Assembly (NCBI RefSeq): GCF_009914755.1
Contig: NC_060939.1
Strand: one strand, 5' to 3'
From: the human T2T-CHM13v2.0 reference genome, Homo sapiens
Length of the DNA stretch: 64,000 nucleotides
Below, one piece after another: positions 1 to 11,600 of this stretch (the stretch's first letter is position 1; every line of letters starts with the position of its first letter). The translations under genes were made by a program, and so were the position numbers. The notes beneath the pieces were generated by a model. The model saw only the letters and a list, made by a program, of their open reading frames with translations. It ran no database searches and was not told the origin of the DNA.

Positions 1-255
1 TCCCTTCCATTGGACTCCTTTCCATTCGAGTGCATTCCATTCCGTTCCATTTCTTTCCGTTCTGTACGATTCCTACAGTTCGATTTCATTTTCTCCCAGT
101 CCATTCTTTCGCGTCCATTCCATTCCATTTCACTCCATTCGATTCCATTCCACTCGATTCCACTTCGTTCCATTTCATTGCATTCCATTCTATTCAACTC
201 TATTGCCTTCCATTCCATTCCATTCGATTACATTCCATGCGATTCCATTCGAAAT

Positions 256-434
256 CGAATCAATTACATTGCAATCCATTACTATTGAGTCCGTTTTATT
301 CCAGTCCACTGCATTCTGGTCCATTCCATTTGATTCCATTCCATTCTATTCCATTCCATACAGTTGCATTCCATTGGATTCCATGCTATATCTATAAATT
401 CAATTCGAGACCATTGCTTTTGAGTCCATTCTAT
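256..434 (+). repeat. Internal paralogous segment, copy 1 (first half of the 1.8-kb unit)
   Basis: CGAATCAATTACATTGCAATCCATTAC ... CCATACAGTTGCATTCC ... GAGACCATTGCTTTTGAGTCCATTCTAT aligns without net indel to 1236-1414 (offset 980). Confidence 0.85.
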
Positions 435-706
435 ATGATTCCATTCCATTCAAGTCCATTACATTTGGTTAAATTCCATTCCATTCGGTTCAATTCCATT
501 CCATTCCATTCCCTTCCATTCCATTCCAGTTGATATCAATCCATTCGATTCCATTCCATTCGAGCACATTCCATTCGAGTCCATTCCATTCGATGCCATT
601 CCATTTGATTCTATTCCATTAGTCTCCATTCAATTCCATTAATCTCCATTCCATTCCATTCTACTCCAACTGATTCCATTCCATTCTATTCCTTTCCATT
701 CCATTT

Positions 707-746
707 CATTCCATTCCATTCCATTCCATTCCATTCCATTCCATTC
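707..746 (+). repeat. Pure (CATTC)n tract, variable in copy number between units (n=8 here)
   Basis: Lies between CCATTT and GTGTCC in each type-A unit; n=5 at 49206-49230 and n=10 at 56345-56394. Confidence 0.9.
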
Positions 747-1016
747 GTGTCCATTCCACTCCAGTCCATTCCATTCGTATCCATTCCATTCCAGTCCATT
801 CCATTTGTGTCCACTGCATTCCATTCCACTCCATTCCATATTATTCCATTACACTCCATTCCATTCTATTACTTTCATTTCCATTCAATTCCATTCCATT
901 TGATTCCATTCCACTCGGTTTCATTCCATTTGAGTCCACTCCATTCCATTCCATTCCATTCAGTTCCATTCCATTCTGTTCCATTCCATTCCGTTCCATT
1001 ACATTCCATTCCATTC

Positions 1017-2824
1017 GGTACCATTCCATATTGTTCCATTCGATTCCATTCGAATCCATTCCATTCCAGTCCATTCCATTCGATTCCATTCCATTCATTT
1101 CAATTCCATTCCATTCCATTACATTACATTCCACTTGATTCCTCTCCATTCCCTTCCACTGCATTCCGTTCGATTCCATTCCATTGCATTGCATTCCATT
1201 CCATTGGATTGCATTCCATTCGATTCCATTCCATTCGAATCAATTACATAGCAATCCATTACATTCGAGTCTATTCTCTTCCGTTCCATTCGATTTCGTT
1301 CCAATCCATTCGATTCCATTCCATTCGATTCCATTCCATACTATTGCATTCCATTCGATTACATTATATTCGAATAAGTTCCATTCAAGACCATTTCTTT
1401 TGAGTCCATTCTATTTGAGTCCATTCCCTTTGATTCCATAACATTTGAGTCCATTCAATTCCATTCCTTTCGTTTCCATTCCATTTGATGCCATTCCATT
1501 CAATTCTGTTCTACTCGACTCCAATACATTCAATTCCATTCCATCAGATTCCATTACATTCTTTTCATTTCTTATCCATTTCAAGCCATTCCACTCCATT
1601 CCATTCCACTCGTTTCCTTTCCATTCGAGTCCATTCCTCTCCAGTCCATTCCGTTCAATCCATTCCATTCCAGTCCATTCCATTCGAGTCCGTTCCATTC
1701 CAGTCCATTCCATTCGAGTCAATTCCATTCCATTCGATGTCTTTCCATAACGATCCATTCCATTCTATTCCTTTCGATTCCATTCCATTCTATTTCATTC
1801 CATTCGATTCCCTTCCATTGGACTCCTTTCCATTCGAGTGCATTCCATTCCGTTCCATTTCTTTCCGTTCTGTACGATTCCTACCGTTCGATTTCATTTT
1901 GTTCCAGTCCATTCTTTCGCGTCCATTCCATTCCATTTCACTCCATTCGATTCCATTCCACTCGATTCCACTTCGTTCCATTTCATTGCATTCCATTCTA
2001 TTCAACTCTATTGCCTTCCATTCCATTCCATTCGATTACATTCCATGCGATTCCATTCGAAATCGAATCAATTACATTGCAATCCATTACTATTGAGTCC
2101 GTTTTATTCCAGTCCACTGCATTCTGGTCCATTCCATTTGATTCCATTCCATTCTATTCCATTCCATACAGTTGCATTCCATTGGATTCCATGCTATATC
2201 TATAAATTCAATTCGAGACCATTGCTTTTGAGTCCATTCTATATGATTCCATTCCATTCAAGTCCATTACATTTGGTTAAATTCCATTCCATTCGGTTCA
2301 ATTCCATTCCATTCCATTCCCTTCCATTCCATTCCAGTTGATATCAATCCATTCGATTCCATTCCATTCGAGCACATTCCATTCGAGTCCATTCCATTCG
2401 ATGCCATTCCATTTGATTCTATTCCATTAGTCTCCATTCAATTCCATTAATCTCCATTCCATTCCATTCTACTCCAACTGATTCCATTCCATTCTATTCC
2501 TTTCCATTCCATTTCATTCCATTCCATTCCATTCCATTCCATTCCATTCCATTCGTGTCCATTCCACTCCAGTCCATTCCATTCGTATCCATTCCATTCC
2601 AGTCCATTCCATTTGTGTCCACTGCATTCCATTCCACTCCATTCCATATTATTCCATTACACTCCATTCCATTCTATTACTTTCATTTCCATTCAATTCC
2701 ATTCCATTTGAATCCATTCCACTCGGTTTCATTCCATTTGAGTCCACTCCATTCCATTCCATTCCATTCAGTTCCATTCCATTCTGTTCCATTCCATTCC
2801 GTTCCATTACATTCCATTCCATTC
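1017..2824 (+). repeat. Representative type-A 1808-bp unit (KpnI to KpnI)
   Basis: GGTACC at 1017 and 2825. Unique landmarks once per unit: CTTTCCATAACGATCC, CTGTACGATTCCTACCG, TTTCGCGTCC, CGAAATCGAATC, GCTATATCTATAAA, GTTGATATC (EcoRV), CTACTCCAACTG. Confidence 0.95.
1236..1414 (+). repeat. Internal paralogous segment, copy 2 (second half of the 1.8-kb unit)
   Basis: CGAATCAATTACATAGCAATCCATTAC ... CCATACTATTGCATTCC ... AAGACCATTTCTTTTGAGTCCATTCTAT; diverged paralogue of 256-434. Confidence 0.85.
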
Positions 2825-5800
2825 GGTACCATTCCATATTGTTCCATTCGATTCCATTCGAATCCATTCCATTCCAGTCCATTCCATTCGATTCCATTCC
2901 ATTAATTTCAATTCCATTCCATTCATTTCAATTCCATTCCATTCCATTCCATTACATTCCACTTGATTCCTCTCCATTCCCTTCCACTGCATTCCGTTCG
3001 ATTCCATTCCATTGCATTGCATTCCATTCCATTGGATTGCATTCCATTCGATTCCATTCCATTCGAATCAATTACATAGCAATCCATTACATTCGAGTCT
3101 ATTCTCTTCCGTTCCATTCGATTTCGTTCCAATCCATTCGATTCCATTCCATTCGATTCCATTCCATACTATTGCATTCCATTCGATTACATTATATTCG
3201 AATAAGTTCCATTCAAGACCATTTCTTTTGAGTCCATTCTATTTGAGTCCATTCCCTTTGATTCCATAACATTTGAGCCCATTCAATTCCATTCCTTTCG
3301 TTTCCATTCCATTTGATGCCATTCCATTCAATTCTGTTCTACTCGACTCCAATACATTCAATTCCATTCCATCCGATTCCATTACATTCTTTCCATTTCT
3401 TATCCATTTCAAGCCATTCCACTCCATTCCATTCCACTCGTTTCCTTTCCATTCGAGTCCATTCCTCTCCAGTCCATTCCGTTCAATCCATTCCATTCCA
3501 GTCCATTCCATTCGAGTCCGTTCCATTCCAGTCCATTCCATTCGAGTCAATTCCATTCCATTCGATGTCTTTCCATAACGATCCATTCCATTCTATTCCT
3601 TTCGACTCCATTCTATTCTATTTCATTCCATTCGATTCCCTTCCATTGGACTCCTTTCCATTCGAGTGCATTCCATTCCGTTCCATTTCTTTCCGTTCTG
3701 TACGATTCCTACCGTTCGATTTCATTTTGTTCCAGTCCATTCTTTCGCGTCCATTCCATTCCATTTCACTCCATTCGATTCCATTCCACTCGATTCCACT
3801 TCGTTCCATTTCATTGCATTCCATTCTATTCAACTCTATTGCCTTCCATTCCATTCCATTCGATTACATTCCATGCGATTCCATTCGAAATCGAATCAAT
3901 TACATTGCAATCCATTACTATTGAGTCCGTTTTATTCCAGTCCACTGCATTCTGGTCCATTCCATTTGATTCCATTCCATTCTATTCCATTCCATACAGT
4001 TGCATTCCATTGGATTCCATGCTATATCTATAAATTCAATTCGAGACCATTGCTTTTGAGTCCATTCTATATGATTCCATTCCATTCAAGTCCATTACAT
4101 TTGGTTAAATTCCATTCCATTCGGTTCAATTCCATTCCATTCCATTCCCTTCCATTCCATTCCAGTTGATATCAATCCATTCGATTTCATTCCATTCGAG
4201 CACATTCCATTCGAGTCCATTCCATTCGATGCCATTCCATTTGATTCTATTCCATTAGTCTCCATTCAATTCCATTAATCTCCATTCCATTCCATTCTAC
4301 TCCAACTGATTCCATTCCATTCTATTCCTTTCCATTCCATTTCATTCCATTCCATTCCAATCCATTCCATTCCATTCCATTCGTGTCCATTCCACTCCAG
4401 TCCATTCCATTCGTATCCATTCCATTCCAGTCCATTCCATTTGTGTCCACTGCATTCCATTCCACTCCATTCCATATTATTCCATTACACTCCATTCCAT
4501 TCTATTACTTTCATTTCCATTCAATTCCATTCCATTTGATTCCATTCCACTCGGTTTCATTCCATTTGAGTCCACTCCATTCCATTCCATTCCATTCCAT
4601 TCAGTTCCATTCCAGTCCGTTCCATTACATTCCATTCCATTCGGTACCATTCCATATTGTTCCATTCGATTCCATTCGAATCCATTCCATTCCAGTCCAT
4701 TCCATTCGATTCCATTCCATTCATTTCAATTCCATTCCATTCCATTCCATTACATTCCACTTGATTCCTCTCCATTCCCTTCCACTGCATTCCGTTCGAT
4801 TCCATTCCATTGCATTGCATTCCATTCCATTGGATTGCATTCCATTCGATTCCATTCCATTCGAATCAATTACATAGCAATCCATTACATTCGAGTCTAT
4901 TCTATTCCGTTCCATTCGATTTCGTTCCAATCCATTCGATTCCATTCCATTCGATTCCATTCCATACTATTGCATTCCATTCTATTACATTATATTCGAA
5001 TAAGTTCCATTCAAGACCATTTCTTTTGAGTCCATTCTATTTGAGTCCATTCCCTTTGATTCCATAACATTTGAGTCCATTCAATTCCATTCCTTTCGTT
5101 TCCATTCCATTTGATGCCATTCCATTCAATTCTGTTCTACTCGACTCCAATACATTCAATTCCATTCCATCCGATTCCATTACATTCTTTTCATTTCTTA
5201 TCCATTTCAAGCCATTCCACTCCATTCCATTCCACTCGTTTCCTTTCCATTCGAGTCCATTCCTCTCCAGTCCATTCCGTTCAATCCATTCCATTCCAGT
5301 CCATTCCATTCGAGTCCGTTCCATTCCAGTCCATTCCATTCGAGTCAATTCCATTCTATTCGATGTCTTTCCATAACGATCCATTCCATTATATTCCTTT
5401 CGATTCCATTCCATTCTATTTCATTCCATTCGATTCCCTTCCATTGGACTCCTTTCCATTCGAGTGCATTCCATTCCGTTCCATTTCTTTCCGTTCTGTA
5501 CGATTCCTACCGTTCGATTTCATTTTGTTCCAGTCCATTCTTTCGCGTCCATTCCATTCCATTTCACTCCATTCGATTCCATTCCACTCGATTCCACTTC
5601 GTTCCATTTCATTGCATTCCATTCTATTCAACTCTATTGCCTTCCATTCCATTCCATTCGATTACATTCCATGCGATTCCATTCGAAATCGAATCAATTA
5701 CATTGCAATCCATTACTATTGAGTCCGTTTTATTCCAGTCCACTGCATTCTGGTCCATTCCATTTGATTCCATTCCATTCTATTCCATTCCATACAGTTG

Positions 5801-6873
5801 CATTCCATTGGATTCCATTGTATATCTATAAATTCAATTCGAGACCATTGCTTTTGAGTCCATTCTATATGATTCCATTCCATTCAAGTCCATTACATTT
5901 GGTTAAATTCCATTCCATTCGGTTCAATTCCATTCCATTCCATTCCCTTCCATTCCATTCCAGTTGATATCAATCCATTCGATTCCATTCCATTCGAGCA
6001 CATTCCATTCGAGTCCATTCCATTCGATGCCATTCCATTTGATTCTATTCCATTAGTCTCCATTCAATTCCATTAATCTCCATTCCATTCCATTCTACTC
6101 CAACTGATTCCATTCCATTCTATTCCTTTCCATTCCATTTCATTCCATTCCATTCCATTCCATTCCATTCCATTCGTGTCCATTCCACTCCAGTCCATTC
6201 CATTCGTATCCATTCCATTCCAGTCCATTCCATTTGTGTCCACTGCATTCCATTCCACTCCATTCCATATTATTCCATTACACTCCATTCCATTCTATTA
6301 CTTTCATTTCCATTCAATTCCATTCCATTTGATTCCATTCCACTCGGTTTCATTCCATTTGAGTCCACTCCATTCCATTCCATTCCATTCAGTTCCATTC
6401 CATTCTGTTCCATTCCATTCCGTTCCATTACATTCCATTCCATTCGGTACCATTCCATATTGTTCCATTCGATTCCATTCGAATCCATTCCATTCCAGTC
6501 CATTCCATTCGATTCCATTCCATTCATTTCAATTCCATTCCATTCCATTCCATTCCATTCCACTTGATTCCTCTCCATTCCCTTCCACTGCATTCCGTTC
6601 GATTCCATTCCATTGCATTGCATTCCATTCCATTGGATTGCATTCCATTCGATTCCATTCCATTCGAATCAATTACATAGCAATCCATTACATTCGAGTC
6701 TATTCTCTTCCGTTCCATTCGATTTCGTTCCAATCCATTCGATTCCATTCCATTCGATTCCATTCCATACTATTGCATTCCATTCGATTACATTATATTC
6801 GAATAAGTTCCATTCAAGACCATTTCTTTTGAGTCCATTTTATTTGAGTCCATTCCCTTTGATTCCATAACAT

Positions 6874-8622
6874 TTGAGTCCATTCAATTCCATTCCTTTC
6901 GTTTCCATTCCATTTGATGCCATTCCATTCAATTCTGTTCTACTCGACTCCAATACATTCAATTCCATTCCATCCGATTCCATTACATTCTTTTCATTTC
7001 TTATCCATTTCAAGCCATTCCACTCCATTCCATTCCACTCGTTTCCTTTCCATTCGAGTCCATTCCTCTCCAGTCCATTCCGTTCAATCCATTCCATTCC
7101 AGTCCATTCCATTCGAGTCCGTTCCATTCCAGTCCATTCCATTCGAGTCAATTCCATTCCATTCGATGTCTTTCCATAACGATCCATTCCATTCTATTTC
7201 ATTCCATTCGATTCCCTTCCATTGGACTCCTTTCCATTCGAGTGCATTCCATTCCGTTCCATTTCTTTCCGTTCTGTACGATTCCTACCGTTCGATTTCA
7301 TTTTGTTCCAGTCCATTCCTTTCGCGTCCATTCCATTCCATTTCACTCCATTCGATTCCATTCCACTCGATTCCACTTCGTTCCATTTCATTGCATTCCA
7401 TTCTATTCAACTCTATTGCCTTCCATTCCATTCCATTCGATTACATTCCATGCGATTCCATTCGAAATCGAATCAATTACATTGCAAACCATTACTATTG
7501 AGTCCGTTTTATTCCAGTCCACTGCATTCTGGTCCATTCCATTTGATTCCATTCCATTCTATTCCATTCCATACAGTTGCATTCCATTGGATTCCATGCT
7601 ATATCTATAAATTCAATTCGAGACCATTGCTTTTGAGTCCATTCTATATGATTCCATTCCATTCAAGTCCATTACATTTGGTTCAATTCCATTCCATTCC
7701 ATTCCCTTTCATTCCATTCCATTTGATATCAATCCATTCGATTCCATTCCATTCGAGCACATTCCATTCGAGTCCATTCCATTCGATGCCATTCCATTTG
7801 ATTCTATTCCATTAGTCTCCATTCAATTCCATTAATCTCCATTCCATTCCATTCTACTCCAACTGATTCCATTACATTCTATTCCTTTCCATTCCATTTC
7901 ATTCCATTCCATTCCATTCCATTCCATTCCATTCGTGTCCATTCCACTCCAGTCCATTCCATTCGTGTCCATTCCATTCCAGTCCATTCCATTTGTGTCC
8001 ACTGCATTCCATTCCACTCCATTCCATATTATTCCATTACACTCCATTCCATTCTATTACTTTCATTTCCATTCAATTCCATTCCATTTGATTCCATTCC
8101 ACTCGGTTTCATTCCATTTGAGTCCACTCCATTCCATTCCATTCCATTCCATTCAGTTCCATTCCATTCCGTTCCATTACATTGCATTCCATTCGGTACC
8201 ATTCCATATTGTTCCATTCGATTCCATTCGAATCCATTCCATTCCAGTCCATTCCATTCGATTCCATTCCATTCATTTCAATTCCATTCCATTCCATTCC
8301 ATTCCATTCCACTTGATTCCTCTCCATTCCCTTCCACTGCATTCCGTTCGATTCCATTCCATTGCATTGCATTCCATTCCATTGGATTGCATTCCATTCG
8401 ATTCCATTCCATTCGAATCAATTACATAGCAATCCATTACATTCGAGTCTATTCTATTCCGTTCCATTCGATTTCGTTCCAATCCATTCGATTCCATTCC
8501 ATTCGATTCCATTCCATACTATTGCATTCCATTCGATTACATTATATTCGAATAAGTTCCATTCAAGACCATTTCTTTTGAGTCCATTCTATTTGAGTCC
8601 ATTCCCTTTGATTCCATAACAT
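6874..8622 (+). repeat. Type-C variant unit (unit 4, 1749 bp, with a private 25-bp deletion)
   Basis: CCTTTCGCG (+1 C), GCAAACC at 7484, 20-bp loss of the CGGTTCAATT block, CCATTTGATATC, second GTGTCC instead of GTATCC, loss of the CTGTT block. Confidence 0.85.
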
Positions 8623-11600
8623 TTGAGTCCATTCAATTCCACTCCTTTCGTTTCCATTCCATTTGATGCCATTCCATTCAATTCTGTTCTACTCGACTCC
8701 AATACATTCAATTCCATTCCATCCGATTCCATTACATTCTTTTCATTTCTTATCCATTTCAAGCCATTCCACTCCATTCCATTCCACTCGTTTCCTTTCC
8801 ATTCGAGTCCATTCCTCTCCAGTCCATTCCATTCAATCCATTCCATTCCAGTCCATTCCATTCGAGTCCGTTCCATTCCAGTCCATTCCATTCGAGTCAA
8901 TTCCATTCCATTCGATGTCTTTCCATAACGATCCATTCCCTTCTATTCCTTTCGATTCCATTCCATTCTATTTCATTCCATTCGATTCCCTTCCATTGGA
9001 CTCCTTTGCATTCGAGTGCATTCCATTCCGTTCCATTTCTTTCCGTTCTGTACGATTCCTACCGTTCGATTTCATTTTGTTCCAGTCCATTCTTTCGCGT
9101 CCATTCCATTCCATTTCACTCCATTCGATTCCATTCCACTCGATTCCACTTCGTTCCATTTCATTGCATTCCATTCTATTCAACTCTATTGCCTTCCATT
9201 CCATTCCATTCGATTACATTCCATGCGATTCCATTCGAAATCGAATCAATTACATTGCAATCCATTACTATTGAGTCCGTTTTATTCCAGTCCACTGCAT
9301 TCTGGTCCATTCCATTTGATTCCATTCCATTCTATTCCATTCCATACAGTTGCATTCCATTGGATTCCATGCTATATCTATAAATTCAATTCGAGACCAT
9401 TGCTTTTGAGTCCATTCTATATGATTCCATTCCATTCAAGTCCATTACATTTGGTTAAATTCCATTCCATTCGGTTCAATTCCATTCCATTCCATTCCCT
9501 TCCATTCCATTCCAGTTGATATCAATCCATTCGATTTCATTCCATTCGAGCACATTCCATTCGAGTCCATTCCATTCGATGCCATTCCATTTGATTCTAT
9601 TCCATTAGTCTCCATTCAATTCCATTAATCTCCATTCCATTCCATTCTACTCCAACTGATTCCATTCCATTCTATTCCTTTCCATTCCATTTCATTCCAT
9701 TCCATTCCATTCCATTCCATTCCATTCCATTCGTGTCCATTCCACTCCAGTCCATTCCATTCGTATCCATTCCATTCCAGTCCATTCCATTTGTGTCCAC
9801 TGCATTCCATTCCACTCCATTCCATATTATTCCATTACACTCCATTCCATTCTATTACTTTCATTTCCATTCGATTCCATTCCATTTGATTCCATTCCAC
9901 TCGGTTTCATTCCATTTGAGTCCACTCCATTCCATTCCATTCCATTCAGTTCCATTCCATTCTGTTCCATTCCATTCCGTTCCATTACATTCCATTCCAT
10001 TCGGTACCATTCCATATTGTTCCATTCGATTCCATTCGAATCCATTCCATTCCAGTCCATTCCATTCGATTCCATTCCATTCATTTCATTTCCATTCCAT
10101 TCCATTCCATTACATTCCACTTGATTCCTCTCCATTCCCTTCCACTGCATTCCGTTCGATTCCATTCCATTGCATTGCATTCCATTCCATTGGATTGCAT
10201 TCCATTCGATTCCATTCCATTCGAATCAATTACATAGCAATCCATTACATTCGAGTCTATTCTCTTCCGTTCCATTCGATTTCGTTCCAATCCATTCGAT
10301 TCCATTCCATTCGATTCCATTCCATACTATTGCATTCCATTCGATTACATTATATTCGAATAAGTTCCATTCAAGACCATTTCTTTTGAGTCCATTCTAT
10401 TTGAGTCCATTCCCTTTGATTCCATAACATTTGAGTCCATTCAATTCCATTCCTTTCGTTTCCATTCCATTTGATGCCATTCCATTCAATTCTGTTCTAC
10501 TCGACTCCAATACATTCAATTCCATTCCATCCGATTCCATTACATTCTTTTCATTTCTTATCCATTTCAAGCCATTCCACTCCATTCCATTCCACTCGTT
10601 TCCTTTCCATTCGAGTCCATTCCTCTCCAGTCCATTCCGTTCAATCCATTCCATTCCAGTCCATTCCATTCGAGTCCGTTCCATTCCAGTCCATTCCATT
10701 CGAGTCAATTCCATTCCATTCGATGTCTTTCCATAACGATCCATTCCATTCTATTCCTTTCGATTCCATTCCATTCTATTTCATTCCATTCGATTCCCTT
10801 CCATTGGACTCCTTTCCATTCGAGTGCATTCCATTCCGTTCCATTTCTTTCCGTTCTGTACGATTCCTACCGTTCGATTTCATTTTGTTCCAGTCCATTC
10901 TTTCGCGTCCATTCCATTCCATTTCACTCCATTCGATTCCATTCCACTCGATTCCACTTCGTTCCATTTCATTGCATTCCATTCTATTCAACTCTATTGC
11001 CTTCCATTCCATTCCATTCGATTACATTCCATGCGATTCCATTCGAAATCGAATCAATTACATTGCAATCCATTACTATTGAGTCCGTTTTATTCCAGTC
11101 CACTGCATTCTGGTCCATTCCATTTGATTCCATTCCATTCTATTCCATTCCATACAGTTGCATTCCATTGGATTCCATGCTATATCTATAAATTCAATTC
11201 GAGACCATTGCTTTTGAGTCCATTCTATATGATTCCATTCCATTCAAGTCCATTACATTTGGTTAAATTCCATTCCATTCGGTTCAATTCCATTCCATTC
11301 CATTCCCTTCCATTCCATTCCAGTTGATATCAATCCATTCGATTCCATTCCATTCGAGCACATTCCATTCGAGTCCATTCCATTCGATGCCATTCCATTT
11401 GATTCTATTCCATTAGTCTCCATTCAATTCCATTAATCTCCATTCCATTCCATTCTACTCCAACTGATTCCATTCCATTCTATTCCTTTCCATTCCATTT
11501 CATTCCATTCCATTCCATTCCATTCCATTCCATTCCATTCGTGTCCATTCCACTCCAGTCCATTCCATTCGTATCCATTCCATTCCAGTCCATTCCATTT

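Noticed and set aside
245-262. TTCGAA / TTCGAAATCGAA as heat-shock elements
   Set aside because: The spacing does not match three alternating nGAAn units (TTCnnGAAnnTTC); these are simple pentamer variants.
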